A stretch of DNA of 63,896 nt, filler included, from Dugesia japonica (GCA_001938525.1; 6 parts of 6 records of this genome joined end to end with filler, not necessarily neighbours in it), one strand, 5' to 3'. Positions 12,533-26,156 are shown, counted from the first letter of the whole stretch. Program-made: numbers and translations. Notes: generated by a model from the letters alone, not told the origin.

Positions 12533-14305
12533 ATGGATATTTCATCATTAGTTTATGAACAGGTAATAATTATTTGATAAATATAATTTCATAATTTATT
12601 ACAAGTTGAAAAAAGTTGAAGAATTGGAAACTTTATATTATAACCTTTTAAATACTAAAAAAGATATTTCTAAAGAGGATCTTGAAGACGAAAATTTAAA
12701 ATTAAAGTATCGGTTAACTTGTCTCGAGAGATCTGTTAAGTTAGCAAAAGAAAATTTATCAAATCATTCAATTAGTGTGCTAGGATGTCTTACTGCATTG
12801 TTTGACAAAGCAATTAAAACCGCATATCCTACCATTAAAAATCCAGAAGTATTACTTAATCCATGTGTGAATCCTAAATTTGGTGACTATCAATGTAATA
12901 GTGCNNNNNNNNNNNNNNNNNNNNNNNNNNNNNNNNNNNNNNNNNNNNNNNNNNNNNNNNNNNNNNNNNNNNNNNNNNNNNNNNNNNNNNNNNNNNNNNN
13001 NNNNNNNNNNNNNNNNNNNNNNNNNNNNNNNNNNNNNNNNNNNNNNNNNNNNNNNNNNNNNNNNNNNNNNNNNNNNNNNNNNNNNNNNNNNNNNNNNNNN
13101 NNNNNNNNNCGATTCTATTTGGCATTTATTAAATTGAAATGAACATTTAATTTCAGTGTGAAGTTGCTCCTGCTGGTTTTATTAATATTTTCCTGGAAAG
13201 AGAATTCATTGCTGGAGAGATATCAAAAATTATCAATTGTGGAGTTTTACCTCCAAAAGTCAACTCGACACGAGTTATAGTCGATTACTCATCTCCGAAT
13301 ATCGCAAAAGAAATGCACGTTGGACATTTGCGATCGACAATTATCGGTGATTGTCTAGCGAGGTTGTTACGATTCCTGAATAACGACGTGCTCGCCGTTA
13401 ATCATATCGGAGATTGGGGAACCCAATTCGGTATGCTCATCGCTCATTTACAAGATAATTTCCCGAATTATCAAACCGAATCTCCGCCGATTTCCGATTT
13501 AGCAACCTTCTATAAAGCTGCTAAAGTGAGATTTGATTCCGACGAAGAATTTCAGAAAAGAGCGTACGAATCTGTAGTTCGTTTACAGAGCCATAACGAA
13601 GATTCTATCAAAGCTTGGAAATTGATTTGTGATGTGTCACGTTTGGAATTCGAGAAGATCTACAGCAGACTCGGAGTTGAAGGATTGGTGGAGAAAGGAG
13701 AATCGTTCTATCAGAAACATATGGAGGAGATCGTTGCGGAACTCGACGAGAGAGGATTAATGGAATTCAGTGAAGGCAGGAAAATTCTCAAATCCGAAGC
13801 GTGTGAAACTCATTTACTGATGGTGAAGAGCGATGGAGGATTCACTTACGACACTTCGGATTTGGCCGCTTTAAAATATCGATTGGTTGAGGAGAGAGCC
13901 GAATCGATTTTGTACGTGGTCGACAACGGGCAAGCCAAACATTTCGAGGGTTTGTTCGCTGTCGGCGAGAAGGTCGGTATTGTTAATCCACTGAAACACA
14001 GATTGGAACATGTCGGGTTCGGAGTGGTTTTGGGAGCAGACAGAAAGAAATTCAAATCTCGAGCGAACGAAACTGTGAGACTTGCTGATTTATTGGATGA
14101 AGGANNNNNNNNNNNNTTGGCTAAATTGAAGGAAAAAGGAAGAGATCAAGTAAACAAGATCAATCGATTTACTTTATTAGTGTGAATTCAGGAACTCTCG
14201 ACTGTGGAACTTGAGAAGGCGCAAACTGCTGTGGCTTACGGGTGCATAAAATACGCAGATTTATCTCACCATCGTACTAAGGATTACATTTTCTCTTTCG
14301 ATAAA
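12533..14305 (+). CDS. RARS1: Cytoplasmic arginyl-tRNA synthetase, 5' part (exons 12533-12562, 12606-gap, 13157-14149, 14192-14305; remainder not found in this window)
   Basis: [30 protein letters not shown] (HIGH motif), [42 protein letters not shown]; N-terminal leucine-zipper extension; GT-AG introns. Confidence 0.97.
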
Positions 14306-14332
14306 GTGAGACTTCATATTTGCTTGATTTCG

Positions 14333-14427
14333 ATAATTATTTTAATATATTTTTAATTATTTTAATATTTTTATAATTATTTTAATATTTTTATAATTAT
14401 TTTAATATTTTTATAATTATTTTAATA
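14333..14427. repeat. 20-bp AT-rich tandem repeat
   Basis: ATAATTATTTTAATATTTTT repeated about 5 times into the gap. Confidence 0.85.
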
Positions 14428-14471
14428 NNNNNNNNNNNNNNNNNNNNNNNNNNNNNNNNNNNNNNNNNNNN

Positions 14472-14483
14472 TTAATTAATTAA
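14472..14483. other. Artificial contig linker TTAATTAATTAA (also 23225, 33779, 42416, 55457)
   Basis: Identical 12-mer with stops in all six frames, always embedded in N runs. Confidence 0.95.
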
Positions 14484-16149
14484 NNNNNNNNNNNNNNNNN
14501 NNNNNNNNNNNNNNNNNNNNNNNNNNNTGGATTTCATGAAGTTTCTTTTATCGCTTAACTAAGAATATGCTTATATCAATCATTTACTTTCTCACTTGAT
14601 TTTCCTTCATCAATCAACTAAGAATAGATTTTCCGTTTATCAAGTCAATGAGAATCTACCTTTATTAACCGTAAACTGCATTTCTAGCGTTTTGTTCGAT
14701 AAAATTAAAGAATAATCCGCTTTCGCCATTCATTTACTCTATTGCTAATCAACTAATCAAACATGAATCTCTTTTGGTTTTCTAATAATCAATTCTGAAA
14801 CCATTTTCAAAACATGATCTTGGTTACTTTAACTTCATATCATTCCTATTTAAATATTTCATTAAAATGGAAATAAAAATACTCAAATTTCTTTTGTGTC
14901 TTGACTTGCTCCTTGAAATGACAAATGCACAAAATGGTTTAGTAATAATAACTGTATACTTAGCAAAAAAGAATTAATAAACTAGATTTATGCTCGCTTA
15001 TAAAGTTTTTTGATACAAACATTAAACTCAATGTCACATATTCTATGTACAAAGATTTTCATTTAGTATTAGTTCCGGTTCGGAACAAACTCAACAAAGT
15101 ACATGTAATGACATGCTATAAATTTAATACATTCAATTTTCATTGCGGGCTCAGCTGCACAAACTGTAAAAAGACTTGTTCAGTTAGGTAAATTTCAATG
15201 ACTGTTTGGTTGCTATTTATTTTTATTCAGTTCATTAATGTCGGCCTCTCACGTCTGGATGCACAAATTCAATGTGATACCGATAGGCTAAGCTAGTTGC
15301 ATTTTGTTCTAGATCATACTTTCAATGATTAAATAAAAATGTAAGTTAAATTTTATTGAAAAAACGTTAAAAAAGAAATTAACTTATAAATCTTACATGG
15401 GAAAAACAAAATTTAATTCAATTTGAATTCTTTCTATTTGTAAATCCTTAATTACATCTATAATTACACGAAAAATCGTTTCCTTAGAAAACTATATAAA
15501 ATGAAATTTTCTTAAGCAAAACCGTGTAAATCTAAAAGAAATGTGCATAATTAAGTTTTCTATTTTATTTTTTATATATAATTCAATATTGCTTATTATA
15601 CACGAAAACTTTATAAAGCTAAAATTAAAATCAAACTGGAGCTGCTTCCCGTAGAGGTCAGAGTCCAGATGACAATTTTTGACTGAAAATTCAACTAAAA
15701 CAGATCAGTATTTATTCTGATCTAAATCTGTAGACCATTATACATATATATTGAAAAACCAAACACTCCATACAAAAACAACTACATACTCTATTTTTTA
15801 CAAAAAATTTATTATTTCTACAAAATTATTTTATTATGAACTTTTCTATTTATAACATTAACTAAATCATTCAAAATTAACCAATTAGTCAATATTTTTT
15901 TTATAGAAATAGGAGTCCAAAAATATATCGAATATAATAATAATATTTATAATAATAATAATTGTAATAATAATAATGATATTAGAATAGTAGTAATAAT
16001 AATAATATTAATAATAACAATATCCTAATTGTCTCTATTAATAATTTACTGATAATAATAATGATGATATTAACACCATAACCACAATCAGACAATAAAA
16101 TAAAAAAAGCAAAACACTGAAAAATATTCATGCAAAATAAAAGTTAAAA

Positions 16150-17071
16150 TCAATGATCAATTCGATAAAAGTTTGAGTCCACATTTGAGTCCCAACACAT
16201 TAGTCTACTAGATAACTTTTTAAATTCTTAGCTTTTCACTTAATGAACAGTTGTAAATTCTGATGAAATGAAATTATAATTCTACTGCAATTTTCATTTG
16301 CTTTTATACATGTTTGAATTGCTCTTTTCTACGTCTCTCTTTTCCGATTGGCTACGTAAAGTCATGTGGTTGGTTATTTTTGGTATCTGCTTTAACTTTT
16401 TTCTATTGATGTGCTACTACTCACGTTAAAATTGCTCATCATAACTCCAATTATTTACATGCAAAACTTATTTGCACTTAGAATATGATTTTGATTCTAA
16501 AATCACAAAATCCTATACTAAATTTCATTGGTCAACTAATGATTTTTAGAATTTAATTATCGTTAGCTTATATATTTTTTTGCTAATTATTCTGGATGTT
16601 CTTTCTGCTTGATAATGATTAATTTTCCTTTTCAAACATCATTTTGATTTTTTTGCTAAATTATTTAATCACTAATGATAAATTATTATTATCTTCTATA
16701 CTGTGGTTGCTTCCTTACGATCCTGTTTTATTTTTCATAGATTCTTCTTTAATCTTTTCATTCGTTTACTTTTTTATTTTCTTCTTTTTTCCCTGATGCT
16801 ATTCATTTAATTCTTGCATTTCTGCTTAATTTAGCATCTTTAGCTGTTTCTGTTCGAATTTAATTAAAATATTTCTTCAAGCTTAGTAATTCCCGCTGGT
16901 AAATAGTTTATTTATTTAAATAAATTACTATCCTTTCTTATGATTTTTATTTCTCATATTTTAATGTTTTTTTATGTTTGTTCTTAATCTCGATATTTTC
17001 CATCCTTTGACATTTTTTTGTTCTTTCTTTCTTTGTTAACTTTTTGTCTTTCTATTTTTGCTGTAACTACA
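16150..17071 (-). mobile_element. Probable LTR fragment of another family
   Basis: Minus strand begins TGTAGTTACAGC, is A-rich, then CCAAT and TATAAAA near 16305; 3' end not located. Confidence 0.35.
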
Positions 17072-18659
17072 ATTATTAAATGCATTCTACTCCAACACTA
17101 ATATACAAGTTGAAAATGTGTGTTGGTCAGTCCGGAATAATAAGTTTTATTTAATAATTTTCTATCAATTTCAAATTTTTTAATTTTTAAATAAAGATTT
17201 TAAGAAAAAGATTTCTAACCAAAACACAAAAATATCAATGCGCTTTCAAAACATGCTCACTTTTTGCCTTTTAAGATTTTTAAAATCTTTTTTAAATACA
17301 TATTTTGTTTTGGCCAGTAGTATATATTTCCAAATTTAAACTTTGTATTAATTAGATTTTTTTGGAAAACAAATATTCGTGATTAAAAATTCAAATTAAA
17401 ATAATAGTTCTTAAGAAAAGAAATTTGTTTTTAACAAAATTTTTATTTGATATTTTATTGATTAAATTGTTTAATGTTTTGTAATTTTATAATTACAATT
17501 ATTGTGAGAATAATTGTTGGACTTAACCATTGATCGGATTTGAGATTTCATTAAAATAAGATAAGGCTTCGATCAAAACAAGTTTTGTAATTTGTTTGTT
17601 TTTATGAAAAATATATTTTCTTTAATTTAATACTTAAATACTTACTTTTTTATTTTTAAAATAAAAACATTTTAGTCTACTAATTTTATGAATAGGCATT
17701 GTACTAGTATTATATAATTATACAATTTTTTGTTTATTTTATTATTACAATATTGCATATGTAAATAAATGTTTTTAAAAAATATATTTAAAGAGATATC
17801 TCACGAGCCTCAGATTTTAATAAATGATGAAACTAAACCCGTTTAACAAAGCTCAATTGAAAAAAAATTAATCTTAGTCTTTAAAGACAATATCATACTT
17901 ACTTTCAATGTCCTCTTCTAGGGATGTAATTTTTAAATCTTTACTTTCCAGTTCTTTATCTTTTTCCATTATACCTTCTTTAAGTAATTTTTCTGAATAG
18001 TTTACTAAACTAACTTTAAACTATTCATTTAATCTAAAATATTTAACATTTCTCTTGAAGATCCTCAATATTTTGTTTCATTTCATTCATTGTTTTATCT
18101 ATCAATAAAATTCGTTAATAATGAAATCTAATTAAATAATTTACTGTTTTCTGTTAATGTATTTTCTTTTGTTATTAATTTCTTTCTTAATTCTAAAATG
18201 ATGAATAATTATTATTGAAATATTAAAGAGTCTGCAATTTACAAATAAACTTGTAACAATCAGAATATTAATTATTTTATTAAACATTAATTACGAAGAA
18301 TTATTTTATTATTTTATAAATAAATGTGAATAAATACATAGTAAAAAAAATAATTTTCAAAACCATTGAATTAAAGTAATAAAACAAATAAAATTTGATT
18401 TATAACTATTATTAGTTTTGGAATTTTACTTTCATAGAAAATTGTTGTTTTAATATTTAATTTTAAAATCAATTGTAAAAAATATTTGAATTTAAAAATA
18501 TAAAGTTTGTAAAATATGAATTTAGTAGTAAAAGATAAATTCCAGTTAATAAAGCGGTGTGCCGCAAAAACTTATGGAATTGTTTAAAATTGCTAACGTT
18601 TTAAAGCTTTCCAATAAATATTTCCGACTTCAAAAAATTTAAAATCAATGAAAAAATCT

Positions 18660-18900
18660 TACAATTACAATTATTACGAGAGGAATTGGTGGACCATTGT
18701 TCGCATTCCAGATTTCATTTAAATAATAGCTTCGATGAAAATGTTTTTTTATTTCTATTTTGGTAAATATTTAAATTTTCGACTATTGTCTTCTTTAGGT
18801 TTATATCTTCTGAAGAAGACAATAGTAAAAAATTCGAATATCTACCAAAAAAGAAATAAAACAACATTTTGGTCGAAGCTATTTTTTTAATGAAAAAAAT
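18660..18900. repeat. Palindromic dispersed repeat with degenerate hammerhead cores (related pieces at ~17495, 19695, 44635, 53690, 56840, 62930)
   Basis: Shared AATAATTGTTGGAC..ACCATTGATCG...GCTTCGATCAAAA block; inverted arms around GTCTTC...GAAGAC. Confidence 0.75.
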
Positions 18901-19804
18901 ATCAAAATATTATTTAAAGGTTTTAGATAAGGAATTTTAATTAATTCAAAAGAAATATGTAATGTTTTTTTATGAATAAAATTTAAAGGTTGAGCACGGT
19001 TTTCTTAACAGTAAGCTTAATTAATAATAATTTCAATATAAATGAATATAAAAATCCACACACTGAATGAAAAGATTTCTGATTCGATAATATACGAGTG
19101 ATAAAATTGATCAGCAAAATGAGAATAATGAAAACAAGAATATTGCTTCATCATTAAAAGGAAAAAAGTGAAAGTAGCAAGATGAGATTCATAGTATTAG
19201 AAAACGATATGGATTCATAGCATTAGAAAACGATCCCTTCCTTCCGTTTTGTTTGATATCTCTCAAAACTCTAAGCTACGAAACCATGACACATGTTAAT
19301 AAAATTTCTTTATCTTTAACGAAATTTCAATAAAATAATTTTAAGAGCGATGTTGAATCCGTCAACTGAACATTAATTTTAGTATTTAATGATAAGGGCA
19401 TTAAATCCTAAAATTAATGTTCAGTTGACGGATTCAACATCGCTCTTTAAATTATTTTATTGAAATTTTTATTGAGATTGCACAATTGAAGTTATTTAAC
19501 GAAATTAACAGTTTTTTATTGAGGTGCACTGCGAAAAGAAAATTTTAGGCTCGGTGTGCCGCGATATGAAAAAAATTGCCCGATACTGTAATATAGTGTG
19601 GCATAAAATATGATTCCTTTAATTATCCTACTTAGAAATAATTAATTTTATTGATTTACTTTTACTTAATAAATAAACAACATGATGTAGTTTTATAATT
19701 ACAATTATTGTGAGAATAATTGTTGAACTTAACCATTGATCGGATTTGATATTCCAAAAAACAAAGAGAAAGCTTCGATCAAAATAAAATGTATTTTTAT
19801 AGAT

Positions 19805-19841
19805 ATTCAAATTTTCGACACACTTGTCTTCGTCAGGAATG
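19805..19841 (-). ncRNA. Minimal hammerhead ribozyme-like motif
   Basis: Minus strand ATTC-CTGACGA-A-GAC AAGTGT GTC-GAAA-ATTT-GAAT. Confidence 0.55.
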
Positions 19842-19961
19842 ACAGATTCAATTGGATGTAAGACGGGATTAAGAATAATGTGTAAGAATAATGATATTTT
19901 TATTTTTACAAATGAAAATCAATTCAAATGATTTCTAAACATTAAAATGTACAACGAGCAA

Positions 19962-21386
19962 AGTAGATGGTTTAGAGCGCATGGGGCCACCCTATCCCAC
20001 GGAGAAAATTTTTACTGGCCCTGATTTTTAGCGTTTTATTGGTTGCACACACGTTTTTAGGGTTTTTGATTGACCTAAATTTTAAGGTCAAGTGGCCCCG
20101 ATTTTAAACGTTTCGATTGCTTAAAATTTTTAAGGTCAAGGTTAACTGGCCTCAATTTTTGATGAATGTTCAGATGAAGTCATCTTAGAGTTTTAAGGTC
20201 AAGGTAATATTTTTTTTGTTTAAATTAAGTGAAATTAATGATTTTTGTTTGTTTAAATTAATTAATTTTTACGATTGGTTTAAATGTACGGATTTTTTGA
20301 GGTTTTAATTTAAATTAAGTTATATAATGATTTTTATGGATTTTTCATAGAAAATCGATGGTAAAACTTATTTTGTTTAAAATTTAAAATTTTGAAGTAT
20401 AAATTTTAATCGCTCTGGTCAATATTAACATTAGAGGTTTCTCAGACAATATTAATAATAATATATTTATTTATTTAATTGTATCGCTATTAAATCTTTA
20501 TCAATCTTAATGGTTCTCCTAAGCCCTGGTTTTGAGGTATAGGTCACTAACTTCTTTGCTGAATTACATATTCTCAAGTTAATTCGTTTCTTCAAATTTT
20601 CAACTGATTTGCCATACAAGCTGTTTTTCATCAGCTTATAGTAATTTTTATTCAATTCATTCACACTTTCAGCCTTTAATTTGGTGTTTTCATCGATGTA
20701 TTGCTTGAAAATATGATCTTGTGGAAATTTAACTGTCTTATGAACATTTGTAACTTGCACACCTAATTGCAAGTACATCTGCAGTAATCCCCAGTGAACT
20801 ACGTAATTGAACTTTGAATAATGAGTCAACATTAATTTCTTGACCGTGCATCCTGGAGCATATTGATATTCGGCTGCAATGGGTAAGTCACTAAGATAAT
20901 CATGAAGTTCATTAGAAATCTCAATGTCAACTTCTAGTGTGTATCCATATTGTAACGACTCGAGATCTGCATATTTACATTTTTCTAAAACTTCTTCTAA
21001 TCCACAATATACTCATTCAAAATCTTTGTATGGTAACTTCTGGCTCAAAGCCCAACCCTACAGATTATTTGTATCGATGTATAACAACTCTCTGTTTTCA
21101 TCTGAAATAACATGATGTTTGTTGACAAAGGTGAGCCCACCTCTAATCACACCTTCGAAAAAAGTGTACATGTCGTTATCAGTTAAAAGCTCGATGGGTT
21201 CATTTAAAGTCATCAAAGCAGATGCCCAGCTCATACCTGGAATGCCAAAGAAATTTAAGGGTTCAAGACGGTTGTGAGCTAATGACTTGGCTCGGAATTG
21301 CTGCAAAAAGTCAGCTTGGAGAAAGACGTCCAACTTCATGTACACTATGACGTAGTGCACTATCCATCTACTACTATCCATCTACT
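19962..21386 (-). mobile_element. Internally deleted Polinton/Maverick
   Basis: Termini AGTAGATGG...CCATCTACT, flanks GAGCAA/GAGCGA (6-bp TSD, 1 mismatch), pPolB fragment inside. Confidence 0.85.
20467..21345 (-). pseudogene. Protein-primed family B DNA polymerase fragment
   Basis: GVIRGGLT, LLYIDTNNL*GWALSQKLPY, YTLEVDIE, YYKLMKNSLYGKSVEN motifs with stops. Confidence 0.9.
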
Positions 21387-21929
21387 GAGCGACGCCGGTC
21401 AAATTCGATGTTAGCACAGAAAATCTTGACGGTCATTCAACTCAAGGAGTTAAGAAATATATTTATTATGAGCAGTTTTTATTGTTGGTTTATTATTGTT
21501 TNNNNGTTTATTATTGTTTATTATTCAAATTTTAAATAACATTTGTTAATTTTTGATTTTTAATTAAAGTTCTGTAATGTATAAATTAATATTTAACTAC
21601 CACGAAATCTTTCAATATTTCGAATTTCAGGAATTTTGGTAAATTCCTCTTATATAAAGTCTATATTATAACATCTATATTATAACATATACATTATAAC
21701 GTCTAGAACACATTAAACAGTTTTTTTATAAATTTATTAAACTTTTTTACCTCTCACAGTTGTTACAAAAACAACTATTAGCCAAAACTCTTTTTGCCAA
21801 CAATATTGTTTATTATCATAACCTAACCTAGAGAAAATTAGAAAAAAAGAAATAAAAGAAAAATAACAAAAATGTCAACAAAATAAATTTTCCCGTTGGA
21901 TGGGGGCTGGGAATGTCTTTGTTACAATG

Positions 21930-22200
21930 CGTCACTATCTACTTACTCAAGTGGTCTTCTGTTTTGTAGCATTCAAGGTCAATTCTATCTCCTTTTTATA
22001 ATATCTCCTTTATTTAAGTGTCACATGTACCATATCTCACAATGTTCTAAACTACCTCTTGATTTTTTCATTTGTGTTATAGTGAAATGGACTCAAAAAC
22101 TTGAGGGAGATTCCATGTTCAGTTGCAAAATCTTTCATTGGTCTAGACTCAAATTCTCTTCCACAATCAACTCTAATTTCTCTCGGACACCAGAACTTCT
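21930..22200 (-). pseudogene. Gypsy-type integrase core fragment
   Basis: CPREIRVDCGREFES..MKDFATEHGISLKFLSPFH..TNEKIKR*FRTL. Confidence 0.75.
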
Positions 22201-22290
22201 GTAATTTATAAACTAACATTTAATTACCGCGAAATTTTTCAATATCTCAAATTTCAAGAATTTTGGTAAAATCCACTATTATAATGTTTA

Positions 22291-22410
22291 TATTATAACA
22301 TCTATATTATAACATCTATATTATAGCATCTATATTATAACATCTATATTATAACATCTATATTATAACATCTATATTATAACATCTATATTATAACATC
22401 TATATTATAA
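22291..22410. repeat. 14-bp minisatellite within a duplicated block (21590-21820 / 22220-22520)
   Basis: TATTATAACATCTA about 8-9 copies here and about 3 in the upstream duplicate. Confidence 0.85.
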
Positions 22411-23280
22411 CTCCTAAAACACAATAAACAGTTTTTTTTATTAATTTATTAAACTTTCTTACATCTCAAGTTGTTAGAAAAAACTCTATTAGCCAACAAT
22501 ATCCTCGTTTATTATCATCCCAGTTTAGTTTTCAATATTCAATATTATTTTTCCACTAAGAAATGACTTCTTCTATAGTGTTAAGTTGTGAACTATTTGA
22601 TGAATGTGAAGAAATCTGTGATTTTATTATAGGTAATTTGTGAAATGGCGCGAAGACTGTTGTAAAAACCACGCTTTAAAAAACCAAAATAAAATTTAGA
22701 AATAAATACGGAAAAAGAATTGGAATTATTTTCATTTTCTTTGAATAGTAAAATTCTTTCATTTGATTTTGCAGCATAATCAGAAAAATTATTTTCTTAT
22801 TCAGTTGCAACAAATTTATTTATTTTTAACAGCAAATATGTAAAAAATTTAATTAATTTCAAAATTGGTAAAATATTTGAACGTTTTTGAAAAAATTATT
22901 AAAAAAATAGAAAACATTGAAAAATCATAAGAAATAATAATTTTCAAATAGAAGGATTTACATACTTGTGCACCTTTATAACATACTACAGAGATTTATT
23001 AATAATAATTATTACCTTTTTAATACAAATTTCAAACAAAAATATGTACACATATATTTACAATTTATTTCACAACATAGAAATGTTATAAATATACACT
23101 TACTTTGAATTTCTTCTGAATATTTTTCATTTTCATCTTCGTCTTTAATTTTCGTTTTTAAATCTAAACAGTATTTTAATNNNNNNNNNNNNNNNNNNNN
23201 NNNNNNNNNNNNNNNNNNNNNNNNTTAATTAATTAANNNNNNNNNNNNNNNNNNNNNNNNNNNNNNNNNNNNNNNNNNNN

Positions 23281-24203
23281 CGCACGACCAAGAAAGAATT
23301 TGGAAATCGCAGGTAGAGTCGTTCGCCAAGATCATCCGGTCCAGCCATGACCGTGAAAAAAAACTGGTCAAAGGTATCCTGCATCTTAAGGAAAGATCCT
23401 ACTTCGAACCTTTCATGGTTGATAAGAGCACACAGACAAAATCTATATCGCGTGACTCAACTTTCTGTTTCTGGAAATAAAAAATCGAGTGTTGTAATCT
23501 TTGCNTTAGCGTGTATNACCTAAATTTTGATTAGACGAGTTCGATATCGATAATATTAATTATTTCTTCCCTATTATTAATCTTAATTATTTAGTGCCAC
23601 GAATTGTATTTCCAACAAGTTTACGGAGGTGTCACCGAATTATGCGTCGCTAGTTGTTAGAAGGACATTTAAAACGTAAGACCAAACGGGCCCTTCTAAG
23701 ACATCTCACCCAGCGGGATCGATTAATAAAAAAATTAGATTTATTGGTTAAAAAACAGAATGATTTGGCTGCACAAACCAAACAAATGTTACAACGAAAG
23801 GTAGATTTCTTAAAGCAATATATAGCAGACCTGTCAAGCCAATTGGGAAACCCTGTCTGGGTACAGTGGAATGACAGTGATGACATAGCTGCGTTTGACT
23901 TTTTGGAGACTGACACAAACCAGTGGTTAGATCCTGGTGTGTTGGAAGACCTATAATTTGTAATGTTAATAGATATTTTTTGATAACTTTTGGCTAATTT
24001 TTTATCAATGTCTATAAGGGCAAATAATGAACCCAAATTAAAGGTGTACGAGTGTGAACCTCCCGTAAAGGTTAAAGGTCAACCACTCTGTACTGAATAT
24101 CCTACTGAGGGGAGTTGGATTTAAATTCTTGAACGGATCTCCCCGAGGGCTGTTTTTTCACAGCCCCTTGTTTTCTTTTACCAACTCAGGTGTGGCCCCA
24201 ACA
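23281..24203 (+). mobile_element. Gene-bearing giant LTR, copy 2 (3' part; cassette C end, cassette D with nonsense codon, terminal region)
   Basis: ...MVDKSTQTK..., ATTTAG|TG CCA CGA ATT at 23595, terminus GGCCCCAACA. Confidence 0.8.
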
Positions 24204-25248
24204 CAATGAAGCATTTATATATTTTGACGAAATTTATACAATAATTACTGAAATTGATGTATGATTTAATGAAGTTTGCTAGTATTTCATTGTAGTTGGT
24301 ATAAATTAATACATCTAAATTGGATCTATCATTTTATGATTACATTGATCAGTGTTTGGTAAAGTTTCTTTGGTAAACATAAATACCTATTACATTTTCT
24401 TTGTTGAACTTGTAATAAAAATTGAAATTAATCATACATACCCTTCTCAACCAGTTCTATGTAAATTTTTAAAGTCTTATATGATGTAATTATTGAATAA
24501 ATTGAATATATAGTAGTTGGTTGTATGAACGGTTTCATTTAGTGAATGGGTTTATTATGTATACTGATCATTGCTTTGTTATACTTGCATTTGCATTGCA
24601 GATATATTGCACATTGACTTATATTTTATGTAAATCTTTAGAAATTTTTATAGGTTTTTTCAATCAATATTTGTGGTCATAAAGAAGATCGATGTTAGTT
24701 CTCATTATTTTATTAGTGTCCGAAATATTTTCTTTCATCTTTGAACGAATAAGCATATTCTGCATTTCTATTTCTTCTTCCGTATTCACTTCTTCCTCTT
24801 CCATTTCAGTAATATTTAAGTGTTTGAGATCATAAATATCATTTTTTTATTAAAAGTACAAAGTTTTATAATTAATTAATGATTAAATGCGATTAAATGA
24901 TTAAATTTTATTGGACACAATCCATAATTTTATAGAATTTGATATATCTATCAATGAAATTTGTATGCATTTATGTTTTAATGAAATTGCTAGATCCATA
25001 TTTTAATCTAATTATGTATACTTGAATGAAATTGATGTATCTCCAAATGAAATTAAAGTATATTGATATAAAATTATTCATATTGTAATATCATTGTTGT
25101 ATATATGTGTAGAAAATTTTATATAAAAAATACTATTGGTAATGTCAACCAAAGACATTAAAAATAAATTTTAAATTAACAACATTTATTAAATTTAAAG
25201 ATTTATTCTTCTTCACTATAACCTTCAACAGGTTTTAATTAATAACTA

Positions 25249-26156
25249 TGTTGGGGTGAAACAACCAGTTATCTAAAAGGAAAAAGAAGACAGAAAATGA
25301 AATTTACAAAATAACACAAAAAGAGCCAAAAATAGAAACATCTGAAGAATAATTAAATCAAACGCAATCATGTTAATTAAAGAAAAAATCAAATTTATAT
25401 TATAAAAACAAACAAATTTGTTATTTCAAAATAATTAATTAGGAAAGAAATAGTAATTAATTTCATTGAAAAATAAAGGAAAATTAGACCAAAATCAGTT
25501 GTTCATGAACAATACCACTCTGGTTAATCCCAGAATGTTGAGGTAAGAAAAATTGAAAAAAAGTGTTATCTGGTCAATGGGATTTTGTAATTGGAAAACT
25601 TTATTATCATCAGAGGAACTATCACATGGGTTGGAAAATTGGGCCAATGAGGGTCCTAAAAACAAAAAAAAGAAAGCACCAAATCTCACCTGATGGTCTA
25701 AAAATAACGGCGGGTGGTGAAACTCTGCAAAAAATCTAAAAATTGGCACCAACGCCAATGAGAATCAAGGATTTCAAAAATATATATCCAATAGTAATGA
25801 TGCCGGGTTTCATCGGAAAACCATATAAAAGGCACAATGATTTAGTAGAAAAATAATAAAAAATTTAATTTTTCACCACAGCTCAAGTATTGTAGAACTA
25901 CCACTTGTGAGCAAATTACTTGAAGTAACCACGTATTAATTTTCAAGAAACTTGTTGGATTATTGGAATTAGGCCAAGTAACACTATCATTAGTTTGACC
26001 AGACTTAATTTTATAAAAAAGGAAATTAGAAAAGGAGTATCATCGATCAATTGTTGGGAATTCGTCTTCACCAAAAGAAATAGTCAAGCCGTTGCAGAAA
26101 TCCTATAGATTTTGATAAATTTAAAAAGTAATTTTGTTGTTATAATTTATATCATA
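25249..26156 (+). mobile_element. 5' part (U3-like) of a diverged LTR of the same family
   Basis: Starts TGTTGGGGTGAAACAACCAGT; patchy similarity to 28589-29150 (GGGCCAAT..TCCTAAAAA); TATAAAA near 25824. Confidence 0.65.

Noticed and set aside
14472-14483. Recurrent TTAATTAATTAA palindrome (5 copies)
   Set aside because: Always inside N runs; an artificial six-frame-stop linker, so adjacency across it is not trustworthy
22291-22410. Possible CRISPR-like array
   Set aside because: Head-to-tail 14-mers without spacers in eukaryotic DNA
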